Source: an uncultured Candidatus Saccharibacteria bacterium (GTDB taxonomy: Bacteria; Patescibacteriota; UBA1384; DTJR01). Taken from it: a stretch of 64,000 nt of DNA. Shown here piece by piece: positions 46,847 through 56,955 of this stretch. Under the pieces are notes generated by a model that did not search any database, was not told the origin of the DNA, and saw nothing but the letters and a program-made list of their open reading frames with translations. Made by a program: the position numbers and the translations under genes. The DNA lies in assembly GCA_964487045.1 (NCBI GenBank), contig CAZAOT010000002.1, positions 123,740-187,739 of the forward strand, read 5' to 3'. The stretch's first letter is position 1; every line of letters begins with the position of its first letter.

Positions 46847-47428
46847 TTGGAAAAAGACTCTTTTATTATTAAAAAGTATTATTTAATCGTAATTCTGCTG
46901 TCTTTTGCTTTGGCAGTAGGTACTTTTGTCTTTTTCGCAACCGAGAAAAACGTCTATGTTTCCAGGGGAAAATTTAGCTACTATTTCTCGAGTAGCTCAA
47001 ATCCAACCAATGACCTACCTTTTGTATCCGACGCTATGACAAAATCAATTTCTGATTCTATCCAAACTCGAGCTTTCCTGGAGAAATTATATAATGCTTC
47101 GAATATTACCGTTTCCAGTAAAATATCCTCCAATCCAACTAAATATATTAAAACTAGTGTGATTGAAGGTTCAAGTGTTATACAGGTAAGTATTTTTAGT
47201 GAAAATAAGGAGACTCTTTCAAGATTAAGCCAAAAATTCTATACGGTTTTAAACAGCTCGTCACTAATATCAGGGATGGTGCCGAAGCCGAATATCAATA
47301 TCGTTGACCCCCTATATACCAATGAAAATCCTACCTATCCCAAACCCCTAGAATATGCCGGCCTGGTTTTTATCGGTTCACTACTTGTAGGGATAATGTT
47401 TCTCTATATCTTTTCAAACGAGAACTAA
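46847..47428 (+). CDS. Wzz/CapA-like chain-length determinant
   Basis: Two terminal TMs, with a proline-rich P.YPKP motif before the second. Located in the glycan cluster. Confidence 0.7.
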   Translation: MEKDSFIIKKYYLIVILLSFALAVGTFVFFATEKNVYVSRGKFSYYFSSSSNPTNDLPFVSDAMTKSISDSIQTRAFLEKLYNASNITVSSKISSNPTKYIKTSVIEGSSVIQVSIFSENKETLSRLSQKFYTVLNSSSLISGMVPKPNINIVDPLYTNENPTYPKPLEYAGLVFIGSLLVGIMFLYIFSNEN

Positions 47429-48525
47429 ATATTTATCACTCCGCTGCCTAGACAGATTCTTTCCTTTGAATCATCTTGGTCTAAATACAAGACTGCTATC
47501 TGTCCTGGAACGAGTTGAGTATTTTGATCGCTCAGAGATAGATGCAAACTTTCCTTGGAAATATTTAAAATTGCTCTGCGCGGCTGATCTGAAGATCTCG
47601 CCTTAACCCAAACTTCATAGGTTTTATCTTTCAACGAGATAAGTAAATTAAATGGCTTTAGAACAGCATCCTTACTGTAAGACAAACTTACGTCTTTAGA
47701 AACAACTAAGATATTGGGCTCTTTCTTCTCTATTACATAATAAGGGCCTCCCGGTAGCCTGATCCCCTTTCTCTGCCCCAATGTATAATGACTCAAGCCG
47801 TCGTGAGAGCCAATCTCTAGCCCGCTTTCATCAATTACCTTTCCGCTGCTTGGCCTGACCTCTAAATTTATAAAATTATCTAATTCACTAGAATCAATAA
47901 AACAAAAATCTTGGCTTTGCTTTATCTTTTTGTATTCGTCAAATATCTCGTTTTTCTTGGCCAGACTATATACATCAGCCTTATTTAGCTCTCCAAGCGG
48001 AAAAATTATTCGGCTCAAGTATTGTTTATTTAAAAATGAGAGTGAATAAGTTTGATCCTTTATCTCGTCAGCTGAGCACGTAAGAAGATATTGCTTCGAA
48101 TCCTCAAATTCTTCATATTTAATCTTTGCATAGTGACCAGTTGCTACAAATTTAGCTCCTACTTTATCCGCATATTCAAAAAGTGCTTTAAATTTAACTT
48201 TTCTGTTGCAAAATACACAAGGAGATGGAGTGCGGCTATTCTTAAGTTCTTTTTTAAAATATTCGATAACCTCTTCATTGAAAGAATCTGCTACATCTAT
48301 AATCTCATGTTTACACCCGAATGAATCACAAATTTTTCGAGCAATATCAAATGACTCTTTGGAGCAGCATACATTTTCTTTTCTTCTAGAGCATTTATAT
48401 ACTTCATACTTGAGTGAGACTCCAATGACATCGAATCCGGCATTTTTTAATAACATTAAAGAAACGGAAGAATCAACTCCTCCCGACATACCCAAAACTA
48501 CCTTATTTGAATCAAGGTTTTTCAT
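47425..48525 (-). CDS. mnmA: tRNA 2-thiouridylase MnmA
   Basis: GMSGGVDSS, TPSPCVFCN, ATGHYA, KDQTY, SQDFCF, YTLGQRKG and PGQ motifs. Confidence 0.97.
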   Translation of the reverse strand: MKNLDSNKVVLGMSGGVDSSVSLMLLKNAGFDVIGVSLKYEVYKCSRRKENVCCSKESFDIARKICDSFGCKHEIIDVADSFNEEVIEYFKKELKNSRTPSPCVFCNRKVKFKALFEYADKVGAKFVATGHYAKIKYEEFEDSKQYLLTCSADEIKDQTYSLSFLNKQYLSRIIFPLGELNKADVYSLAKKNEIFDEYKKIKQSQDFCFIDSSELDNFINLEVRPSSGKVIDESGLEIGSHDGLSHYTLGQRKGIRLPGGPYYVIEKKEPNILVVSKDVSLSYSKDAVLKPFNLLISLKDKTYEVWVKARSSDQPRRAILNISKESLHLSLSDQNTQLVPGQIAVLYLDQDDSKERICLGSGVINI

Positions 48526-48548
48526 AATTAAACTAAGTGACTACTATT

Positions 48549-48788
48549 CTATTTAGAAGTCTTGTTGTCTTTGGCGATTAGGAAGATATAAATTATCTCC
48601 AGTAGCCCGAGAGTGTTTAGGATAAGCAAGACAACATACCATGCAGTTTCTCCGCGTCTAGCGGCCTTCCAGAGGGCAATACCCTTCCATACTGCACTCC
48701 ATAGAGCGACTAAAGTAATTACAAATACACCAATAGATGTAGCCAGAAAAGCTGCCATCCCACTATCAGTTGCTAATTCCTGTTCCAT
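48549..48788 (-). CDS. DUF5652-like small membrane protein
   Basis: W...WKGIALWKAARR....W...LNTLGLLEIIY pattern. Confidence 0.8.
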   Translation of the reverse strand: MEQELATDSGMAAFLATSIGVFVITLVALWSAVWKGIALWKAARRGETAWYVVLLILNTLGLLEIIYIFLIAKDNKTSK

Positions 48789-48792
48789 TTTG

Positions 48793-49074
48793 TTACCTCC
48801 ATTTACCTAATATTTTATCAATTTTAGCCTCAATTTTCAAGGCATAATCAGTTGATTTTTTACGTAAATTCTTTGGCAAAAAACTAATTATAAATTTTGC
48901 AATTTTGCCGTTCGCGTCGAAGAAAAGAAGACCGACTATTATTAGAATCCAATCAGGCATAATAGGAAAAACTAGTCCCACAAGACCAATAATTATTAAG
49001 ACAAAACCTATCAGAAGCCTTAAAACAAATAGAATATCACGAGGAATAAGTCTGATTTCATTTTTCAGCGACAT
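48793..49074 (-). CDS. Small membrane hypothetical protein
   Basis: G..L...G.VG...P..P helical hairpin pattern. Confidence 0.65.
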   Translation of the reverse strand: MSLKNEIRLIPRDILFVLRLLIGFVLIIIGLVGLVFPIMPDWILIIVGLLFFDANGKIAKFIISFLPKNLRKKSTDYALKIEAKIDKILGKWR

Positions 49075-49092
49075 GTTTATATTATGACCTAA

Positions 49093-49848
49093 CTAGCTAT
49101 TTAGCTCAATCAAGACTGGACAGTGGTCGGAGCCAAAAACATCTGAGAGAATCTTTATATCTTTGACCTTAGAAAGCATTTTTTTTCTTGAGAGAAAATA
49201 GTCGATTCGCCAGCCCACGTTCCTTTCCCTAGCCTTAAACCTCTGACTCCACCAGGTATATTCACGAGATTGAGGATGAAGAAAACGAAATATATCTATC
49301 CAGCCATCTGCGAGCATTTCATCCATAAACTCGCGTTCCTTATTGGTAAAGCCAGCATTTTTGGTATTGTCTTTTGGCCTGGCTAAATCTATTTCATTAT
49401 GCGCAACATTTAAATCTCCACAAACCAGAACCTCTCTCTCCTTGAAGCTCTTTAAATATTCCTTAACTGCCTTATTCATTTCGATCTTGAAACCAAGTCT
49501 AGCCAATTCCCTGCCTGAATGAGGCAGATAAAAATTTATTAGAACAAATTTATCAAAGAATAACGTAATAGCTCTCCCCTCTTTATCAAATATCTTATTA
49601 TCGATCCCGTAAACCACTTTCGATGGCTTTATCTTTGAATACACTGACACTCCCGAATATCCCGGCTTTTCGGCGTGGAACCAGAAAGATGTATACCCAT
49701 CAAAATTTTTAAGCTCTTCGGGAAGGCGACTATCATCGACCTTTATTTCCTGAAGACATAGAATATCAATATTGTATTTTTTTAAAAAATCTCTTAACTC
49801 TTTTGTAGCGGACCGAAGACCATTAATATTCCAAGAAGCAATTTTCAT
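49093..49848 (-). CDS. xth: Exodeoxyribonuclease III
   Basis: SWNINGLR, LQEIK, GYSGV, CGDLNVAH, YTWW, GWRIDY and GSDHCP motifs. Confidence 0.97.
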   Translation of the reverse strand: MKIASWNINGLRSATKELRDFLKKYNIDILCLQEIKVDDSRLPEELKNFDGYTSFWFHAEKPGYSGVSVYSKIKPSKVVYGIDNKIFDKEGRAITLFFDKFVLINFYLPHSGRELARLGFKIEMNKAVKEYLKSFKEREVLVCGDLNVAHNEIDLARPKDNTKNAGFTNKEREFMDEMLADGWIDIFRFLHPQSREYTWWSQRFKARERNVGWRIDYFLSRKKMLSKVKDIKILSDVFGSDHCPVLIELNS

Positions 49849-50465
49849 ATATACCACCTGTGGTCGCGAAGCCACTTACGATTTATTTTATAATCTTTCA
49901 TCAATGATTCCACCTCGCTCCAGAACCTACTAGAATGATTCTTCACTTTTATGTGACATAGCTCATGAATCACTACATATTCTATCACTTGAAGAGGACA
50001 CATAGCGAGCTTAATATTAAAAGTTAAATCGTCCTCCGGCGAACAACTGCCCCACTTCGAAAGATAATATGAAAATTTAAGTTTGCCACAAGTGAATTGC
50101 GGATACTTATCAATAAGATCTTTGACTATCACTGAAGTTTCTTGCTTAAGAAATTTTTCTAAGGCCTTTTTTCTTTCTAAGTTTGTACTTCCGATTGATC
50201 TAAGCGTGATCAAATTTTGCTCAATCTTTTCTTCTTCCCCAAAACGTAAAGTCCTGACAGTTCCTAGGTAATAGATCTCATTAGGATTAAGTTTTTTTGA
50301 TTTCTGAGTCTTCAAAAGTGTTTTCTTTATCCAAGATTCTTTCTCTGTCACAAATCGATCAATAAATATTTTTGGCAACAGAAAAGGAGAGCGTACTATT
50401 ATCTCACTACCAATAACCTGCACGCATAAAGTCCTACGCTTCGATCGAATGATTTTATAATCCAT
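49845..50465 (-). CDS. YgjP/DUF45-like zinc metallohydrolase
   Basis: RSKRRT, KWGSCS and YVVIHELCH..NHS..FW motifs. Confidence 0.9.
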   Translation of the reverse strand: MDYKIIRSKRRTLCVQVIGSEIIVRSPFLLPKIFIDRFVTEKESWIKKTLLKTQKSKKLNPNEIYYLGTVRTLRFGEEEKIEQNLITLRSIGSTNLERKKALEKFLKQETSVIVKDLIDKYPQFTCGKLKFSYYLSKWGSCSPEDDLTFNIKLAMCPLQVIEYVVIHELCHIKVKNHSSRFWSEVESLMKDYKINRKWLRDHRWYI

Positions 50466-50488
50466 AAAATGAGCCGAGGCTCACTTTG

Positions 50489-50581
50489 CTAACCGCAACA
50501 CGAACAATTTTCGCAGTCACCTTCGCAATCTTCTTTCTCCTCGACTTCTTCGTCCTTCTTTGGCTTTTCTTCTTCGCTCAT
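50489..50581 (-). CDS. 30-aa acidic, Cys-rich microprotein
   Basis: Manual translation MSEEEKPKKDEEVEEKEDCEGDCENCSCCG. AAGGA RBS. Promoter TTGAAA-17-TATAAT at 50602-50630. Confidence 0.75.
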   Translation of the reverse strand: MSEEEKPKKDEEVEEKEDCEGDCENCSCCG

Positions 50582-50626
50582 ATATTTCCTTTCATTTTGA
50601 TATTATATTTTTCTAACGCTTTGTTT

Positions 50627-51805
50627 TCAAGATAATTTATCCTTTATCCTCTTTTCAATACCATGATCAGTCGGAAAATAATATTTATGATTTTTAATTT
50701 TATCAGGAAGCCTGTCGGATGACCCCTTGCTTCCATAACCAAGATCCTTCATTAGACTAGTAGGAGCATTACGTAAATTCAAAGGTACATCAAGGTTACC
50801 AAACTGCTTTATGTCTTTTCTAGCACGACCAATCGCCTCATCACATGAGCGGCTCTTAGGAGCGACTGAGAGATAGATAACGGCTTCGCTGAGAACTACA
50901 TCGCATTCTGGCATTCCGATAAAGTGGCAGGCGTTATAAGCGCTTGTCGCTATCATTAATGCATGGGGATCTGATACACCAATATCTTCACTGGAAAATC
51001 TGATAAGTCTTCGGGCAATATAAAGCGGATCCTCTCCGGCATCGAGCATTCTTGCTAGATAGTAGACCGCAGCGTCAGGGTCCGATGCTCTCATCGATTT
51101 ATGAAGAGCCGAAATAATGTTGTAATGCTCTTCACCAGCACGATCGTATTTAAGTACTTTTATAAATTTGGATTTTTCAATTAATTTTTTATCAATTTTC
51201 TTCGACTGTGCGACGAGATCTTCAATTGTATTTAGAAGAATTCTCGCATCACCATTCGAATTTTCAACAATTAATTTTCTGGCTTCATCATCAATGCTAA
51301 TCTTGCCAAGTTTTAAAACAGCTTTATCTAATATTTTGTTTAAATCTTCTTCTTGAAGACGATTCAGCATCAAAACCTTACTTCTTGAGATCAAAGGGGA
51401 AATGACCGTGAATGATGGATTTTCAGTAGTAGCACCGATCAGCACAATATCCCCTTTCTCGATATATGGCAGCAAAACATCCTGTTGAGCCTTGTTGAAT
51501 CGATGAATTTCATCAATAAAAATTATCGTTTTTGAGGGCTTGTTGGCCTTTGCTATCTCGAGCTCTTCACGAAGCTTTTTAGTTGTACCCAAAACTGCAT
51601 TAATTTGTACAAAATTCGCTTTTGTAGATTTTGAAATTATATTCGCAAGCGTAGTCTTACCCGACCCTGGCGGACCAAAAAGAATTATCGAGGAGAGCTG
51701 ATCCTTATTAATAGCGTTTTTCAGAAAACTTGCACCTGAAATAAGATGATTTTGCCCTATAAATTCATCTAAGCTTTGAGGTCGTAAATCTTCTGCTAAT
51801 GGCAT
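50627..51805 (-). CDS. rarA: Replication-associated recombination protein RarA/MgsA
   Basis: PLA..LRP, GPPGSGKTT, FIDEIHRFNKAQQD, GATTENPSF and ISALHKSMR motifs. Confidence 0.97.
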   Translation of the reverse strand: MPLAEDLRPQSLDEFIGQNHLISGASFLKNAINKDQLSSIILFGPPGSGKTTLANIISKSTKANFVQINAVLGTTKKLREELEIAKANKPSKTIIFIDEIHRFNKAQQDVLLPYIEKGDIVLIGATTENPSFTVISPLISRSKVLMLNRLQEEDLNKILDKAVLKLGKISIDDEARKLIVENSNGDARILLNTIEDLVAQSKKIDKKLIEKSKFIKVLKYDRAGEEHYNIISALHKSMRASDPDAAVYYLARMLDAGEDPLYIARRLIRFSSEDIGVSDPHALMIATSAYNACHFIGMPECDVVLSEAVIYLSVAPKSRSCDEAIGRARKDIKQFGNLDVPLNLRNAPTSLMKDLGYGSKGSSDRLPDKIKNHKYYFPTDHGIEKRIKDKLS

Positions 51806-51879
51806 AAATACTTGCTTATTTTTCCTATCCTGTTACATAATACAACTAAATAATATCTATATGGTAAAATAAAACAGGT

Positions 51880-54024
51880 ATGAGTGAAATAATCAACTAC
51901 ACAAGATTAACAACCTCAGATAAGCTTGAGAACAAATTCGTAACTTGTCAGGCCCATATACCTCAGGATCGCGACAAAGCTGAGCTTGGGACAATCTTTG
52001 CTGAGATTGAAATCGATTCTCCGTGGTTTGCTACTTCGCAGGTTGGTCAAACAGTCATCAATACCCTCATTAAAGAATATTATCGAGGCACTGATTCATC
52101 AGAGCTGATAAATTTTGAAGAAGCAATTAAGAAGGTTAATGAGTCTCTCGCTCATATCGCTCAAAGTGGTGAAACCGAATGGATTGGTAAATTGTCAGGT
52201 GTTTTAGTTTTGCTAAATGGTGGGGAAATTAATTTTTCACAAACTGGATCCTCACACGCTTATCTATATAGAACTGGCAAGATAAATCATATCACCGAAG
52301 GATTAGAAAACAGTGAACCACCGCATCCTTTAAAAACATTTTCTAACCTAACCAGTGGATCCCTGCAAGAAGACGACAAAATAATAATCGCAAATAATGC
52401 TTTCTTCGAAGTAATTAGCCCAACCGAACTCAAGCTGATCATTACCTCGCTTCCTCCGTCACTTGCGGCTATCGAGTGCGCAAAAATAATGCAAGCTCAC
52501 GGCTGCCAAGACGCAAATGCAATCTTTATTGAATTAACTACAATTGATAAATTAGCGAACCTTCCACCTGATCAGAAAATTGAAGCTGTTTATTTAGACC
52601 AGCAAATTCTGACTCTAGGAAGAATTAGTAAAAACGCAATTAAAAACATTACATCATCATCAAAAAACTCACTAAAAAAAGTCCTAAGTGCATTCTCTAG
52701 ATTTTCTCATGAAAAAATTAAGCCCCTTGCAGTTAAGGGAATCGAAAAATCAAAAGAAAAGTCAAAACAAGCCTTGCAGGCAACTTCAAAGTTAGTTGAT
52801 CCTACAAGTAGAGAAGAGGGCGCAGAGATAGTCTCTTCAAGCGAAAATGTCGATGCTGAATATATTGAAACAAAAACTAAGTTCTCATTATCTGGATTAT
52901 TTACCAAAATCCGAAATAAAATCAGAAGGCCACTCATAAAGATCGGTTTTTATACTAAGAAAAAATCAAAAATGTATCTTGTGCTGCTAGTGGTAGTTCT
53001 AGTTGGACTGGGAGCAGTTGTATATTTCTCTTTAAGCGCCCAGAAAAACAGGGCTAATTTAAAAGAAGCTGAAGCAGCATACCAACAGATCGTCTCCCTC
53101 TCAGGCGAAGCTGACATACTTTCTACAAATAACAATATAGATTCGGCTGTAAATAAATATTCTGCAGTTCTTGATTTGCAAGAAAAGATAAAGGATACAA
53201 AATATCAAAGTCAAGCTCAAGCATTGCTTGATAAGGCAAGCAAAAAAATTGCCGAGATGACACACCTAAAAGATGCTACGCTCCTATCATCCGCTGACCT
53301 AGCCGGAACCTCGCAGGTCATGATCCTTAAGGATATTGTCTATGCATCAAGTGGAAGCGATTTATATAGCGGTAAGACCGATGCAAAAACATTTGTAAAA
53401 ACAGCAGCATTAGGATTCAAACCAAGCACAATAGTACAAATCGAAGACCTAGATCTTTTCGCAGCACTTTCTGGCAGTAAATTAATAAGCTTTAATTCTA
53501 CTGGCAACGAATTAAAAAATTCATCTCTTGAATTCAAGGAGCCTAATCTGCTCGCAGTATTTGCTTCAAATCTGTACGTAAGCGACAATTCTGACAACCA
53601 ACTCTGGAAAGTCAGTTACGATGATGGTGGATTCAATAAAAAATCTGAGTATTTTAAGGATGCCGTCAATGTATCACAGATAAAGTCAATCGCGATTGAT
53701 GGTAGTGTCTATACGATGAGTCCATCCGGCGAGGTAACTAGATATTCAAGAGGAAATAAAGTTTCGAATTTTCAAGTCAACGCACCTGGTAGCAAAAACA
53801 TTGAATGCGTAAAAATACTCGCCAATGATCAAGCAGAAAACATGTTGATTGCAGCTAAAATTTCCGACCGTTACCGGGTCATAAAAATTAAAAAAAGTGG
53901 GGAAATAATTAGCCAGTACAATCTCGCCGGTGTTTCAAAATTAGATTCAATTTCAGCAAATCGCGCTCTAGACACCATTTATTTATCAACAGAGAACAAG
54001 ATACTTTCCTTTTCTGTGAACTAA
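51880..54024 (+). CDS. Bitopic protein: PP2C-like N-terminal domain, TM, extracellular helical region and beta-propeller-like region
   Basis: GSSHAYLYR.GKI.HIT and SG.LQ.DD.III resemble the PP2C fold. One central TM. C-terminal NLYVSD..NQLWK and SIAIDGSVY repeats. Confidence 0.65.
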   Translation: MSEIINYTRLTTSDKLENKFVTCQAHIPQDRDKAELGTIFAEIEIDSPWFATSQVGQTVINTLIKEYYRGTDSSELINFEEAIKKVNESLAHIAQSGETEWIGKLSGVLVLLNGGEINFSQTGSSHAYLYRTGKINHITEGLENSEPPHPLKTFSNLTSGSLQEDDKIIIANNAFFEVISPTELKLIITSLPPSLAAIECAKIMQAHGCQDANAIFIELTTIDKLANLPPDQKIEAVYLDQQILTLGRISKNAIKNITSSSKNSLKKVLSAFSRFSHEKIKPLAVKGIEKSKEKSKQALQATSKLVDPTSREEGAEIVSSSENVDAEYIETKTKFSLSGLFTKIRNKIRRPLIKIGFYTKKKSKMYLVLLVVVLVGLGAVVYFSLSAQKNRANLKEAEAAYQQIVSLSGEADILSTNNNIDSAVNKYSAVLDLQEKIKDTKYQSQAQALLDKASKKIAEMTHLKDATLLSSADLAGTSQVMILKDIVYASSGSDLYSGKTDAKTFVKTAALGFKPSTIVQIEDLDLFAALSGSKLISFNSTGNELKNSSLEFKEPNLLAVFASNLYVSDNSDNQLWKVSYDDGGFNKKSEYFKDAVNVSQIKSIAIDGSVYTMSPSGEVTRYSRGNKVSNFQVNAPGSKNIECVKILANDQAENMLIAAKISDRYRVIKIKKSGEIISQYNLAGVSKLDSISANRALDTIYLSTENKILSFSVN

Positions 54025-55664
54025 AGCCTATCGAACTTCGAAATGCCAAGTAGATCTAGGCCTTCGCCTATCATTGCCTTGTAAAGATATACTATTTGAA
54101 TATTTTGAGAGTCTTTTTCTGTTCTAGTGATAATTCTATTTTGTTCGTAGTATGAGTTAAACTTATTAGCAAGATTATAAATAAAATCGGCTAGAATACT
54201 TGGCTCAGATTTCTCGGCCGATCGAAGCAATATCCCTTGATACTTAATCGCCTCTCGCAAAAGTTCAGTCGAATCCTCTGAAAAGTTCGTTTCGCTTGGA
54301 ACTGGATTTTGCTTTTCGTACTCAGAGGTTAGTGATGATAATCTGGCATAGGCGTACTGAAGATAAATTGAACTATTTCCTCTTAGATCAATCATCTTAT
54401 CAAATGAAAAGACTACATCTGTTCGGCGATTAGAAGATAGGTCAGCATACTTAATAGCTGAGATCGCTAAATCAATTGCCTCTCCATTAAACTTACTCTT
54501 TTTTTCTGTAAGCATTGCTTCCACTCTTTTTTTTGCTTCTTCGATCAAATCCTCAAGAAGTATGACTCTTCCTTGCCTGGTAGACATTTTGCCTTCAGGA
54601 AGGCGCATCATCCCGTGTCCAGCAAAAACCATTTGTGCGTTGCCAAGATAATCTAATTTTTTAGCAACTTGCTCCAACTGCTTAAAATGCAATTGTTGAT
54701 CTTGGCCGACGTGATAGATAAGTTCGCTTGGCTTGAATTGATCCATTCGATATTTGATCGCCGCTAAATCCCTGGTCATGTATAAAGTTGCTCCGTCCTG
54801 CCTTTTAATTAAAGCAGGCGGTAAATCATCCAGCTCGACAACCATAGCTCCCTCAGACTGAGTTAACAGATTTTTATTCTCTAAGTCAGCGATTACATCT
54901 TTGACCATGTTTTCATAAAAGCTCTCGCCAATTACGTTGTCGATTTTGATGTCTAAAATTTTATAAATTCGATCAAATTCATCAAAACTCCAATTGACAC
55001 ATTTCTGCCAAATTTCTCGCGCCTCTGGGTCTCCATCTTCAAGCTTCTTTGACCAGCCCCTGGCTTCTTCGTCTAATTCAGAACGCTTAGAAGCTTCATC
55101 GTGAAACCTAACATAAAGCTCATTTAATTTTTTAATTGGGTTTGCGGCTATCTCTTCATCATTACCCCAATTTTTAATCGCATAGATTAATTTGCCAAAT
55201 TGGGTCCCCCAATCACCAATATGATTGATGCCAATCGCTTCGTATCCAAGAGCCTTATGAATATTCAGATTAGCTTGCCCGATTACAGTTGACCTCAAGT
55301 GTCCAACAGAAAATGGTTTGGCAATATTAGGACCAGAATAATCGATCACAACGACTTCACCAGGAATCATCCTCTGGTAAGAACCGATATCAGAAATAAT
55401 TGCTTTAGCCTCAGCCTCCAAAGACTCTAGAGAAAACTTGAAATTTATAAAACCTGACTCGAATTTTATTGACTCGACAAGATCAGTCGAAATTGCTTCT
55501 CTCAAGCGTTTTACCAGCTCATTTATATCAGGCTCAATTGATTTGAGAGTTTGCAGTTGATTAGGCGCTATTGCCAGATCAGCAAACCTTCCCCCATCTA
55601 TCAAATCTATCTGCTCAATACCGAGATCTGATTTTATTAGTAGAGATAGCTTTTGTTTAAGCAT
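54021..55664 (-). CDS. argS: Arginine-tRNA ligase
   Basis: DYSGPNIAKPFSVGHLRST, HIGDWGTQFG, KMSTR.G and YLQYAYAR motifs. Confidence 0.98.
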   Translation of the reverse strand: MLKQKLSLLIKSDLGIEQIDLIDGGRFADLAIAPNQLQTLKSIEPDINELVKRLREAISTDLVESIKFESGFINFKFSLESLEAEAKAIISDIGSYQRMIPGEVVVIDYSGPNIAKPFSVGHLRSTVIGQANLNIHKALGYEAIGINHIGDWGTQFGKLIYAIKNWGNDEEIAANPIKKLNELYVRFHDEASKRSELDEEARGWSKKLEDGDPEAREIWQKCVNWSFDEFDRIYKILDIKIDNVIGESFYENMVKDVIADLENKNLLTQSEGAMVVELDDLPPALIKRQDGATLYMTRDLAAIKYRMDQFKPSELIYHVGQDQQLHFKQLEQVAKKLDYLGNAQMVFAGHGMMRLPEGKMSTRQGRVILLEDLIEEAKKRVEAMLTEKKSKFNGEAIDLAISAIKYADLSSNRRTDVVFSFDKMIDLRGNSSIYLQYAYARLSSLTSEYEKQNPVPSETNFSEDSTELLREAIKYQGILLRSAEKSEPSILADFIYNLANKFNSYYEQNRIITRTEKDSQNIQIVYLYKAMIGEGLDLLGISKFDRL

Positions 55665-56847
55665 TGTGTTTTACCTTAACAAAATTTCTCTTTCCAACAC
55701 TAAGTACATATTCACGTTTATCGACCACAAAACTTGGGTCGGTAGCGATGTCGGAATCTATCTTAACCGCGCCCTGCTCAATCAGACGCCTTGCGCTAGA
55801 TTTACTGCTAGCAAGTCCTGTTTCGATCAAAACAGACAAAAGATCACCAGACTCTACTTTCATCTCTTTAATTTCGGACGGCAGTTCCTTGCGAGAAAAA
55901 ACACTCTCAAAATTTTCAGCTGCCTTTTTTGCATGTTCTTCGCTATTAAGCATTTTGGTTAACTCATAAGCCAGCTCTTTCTTGAAAATCATCGGGTTTT
56001 CGCCAGACTCAATCGCTTTTTTAATTTCATCGATACGTGGCATCTCCACATCGGTAATGTATTCGAAACATTTTACAATCACATCATCAGACAAACTCAT
56101 AATCATACCGTAAAAATCACTAGGCTCGCTATCAAGCGCAATAACATTTCCTTCTGTTTTGCCAATCTTCTTGCCTTGAGAGTCAGTCAAAAGCGGCGTG
56201 GTCATTACGTACTTCTCCTTACCAAGCATTTTCTTAGCCAAATTTCTTCCACAAAGCATATTAAATGTTTGGTCATCTCCGCCAAGCTCTAAATCCACTT
56301 CCATTGCAACGGAATCATAGGCTTGCAACATTGGATAAAAAAACTCTCTCATGTTGATAAACTCACCCGCCTGTTTTCGCTTGGCATAGAGATCTCTTTC
56401 CTCTAATTGCTGTAAGGTAAAATTATCTGCAATATTAAGAACATCAACTAAAGTAAGTTTATTTAGCCAGTCACCGTTATATAAAATCTTGACTGGATTG
56501 TCTCCATCAAATCTGACAATTCTTCCCGCCTGCATGACATAATCCTTGGCGTTACTCTTAAGCTCCTCATTGGTCAGATATTTTTCCCTGGAACGAGTTT
56601 TTCCAGAAGGATCGCCGGCCTGGCCTGTGCCATCACCAATTAAAAATATTACTTCGTGGCCGAGATCCTGCCATTGACGCAATTTCTTGAGTCCGACAAT
56701 ATGACCAATATGAAGCTTTATTCCAGTAGGATCAAAACCCTGATAAAGCTTTAATTTCTTTCCTGATTCTAAATCTTTGCGCAATATTTCTTCTGAAGGG
56801 TAGATATTTTCAACACCTCGAGTCAGAAGTTCTTCAATTTTATCCAT
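55657..56847 (-). CDS. tyrS: Tyrosine-tRNA ligase
   Basis: GFDPT..LHIGH, YPMLQAYD, GGDDQ.FN, KIGKT and a C-terminal S4 domain. Confidence 0.98.
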   Translation of the reverse strand: MDKIEELLTRGVENIYPSEEILRKDLESGKKLKLYQGFDPTGIKLHIGHIVGLKKLRQWQDLGHEVIFLIGDGTGQAGDPSGKTRSREKYLTNEELKSNAKDYVMQAGRIVRFDGDNPVKILYNGDWLNKLTLVDVLNIADNFTLQQLEERDLYAKRKQAGEFINMREFFYPMLQAYDSVAMEVDLELGGDDQTFNMLCGRNLAKKMLGKEKYVMTTPLLTDSQGKKIGKTEGNVIALDSEPSDFYGMIMSLSDDVIVKCFEYITDVEMPRIDEIKKAIESGENPMIFKKELAYELTKMLNSEEHAKKAAENFESVFSRKELPSEIKEMKVESGDLLSVLIETGLASSKSSARRLIEQGAVKIDSDIATDPSFVVDKREYVLSVGKRNFVKVKHNA

Positions 56848-56955
56848 ATTAATCACCCTGCCTTTATTTTTAAGCTAAATTTTATTAAGCTTCTTATTAT
56901 TTCAGGTTCGTTCTTGAGAGTATTTTATCCCAAACTATGTTATAATTCAATTAAG

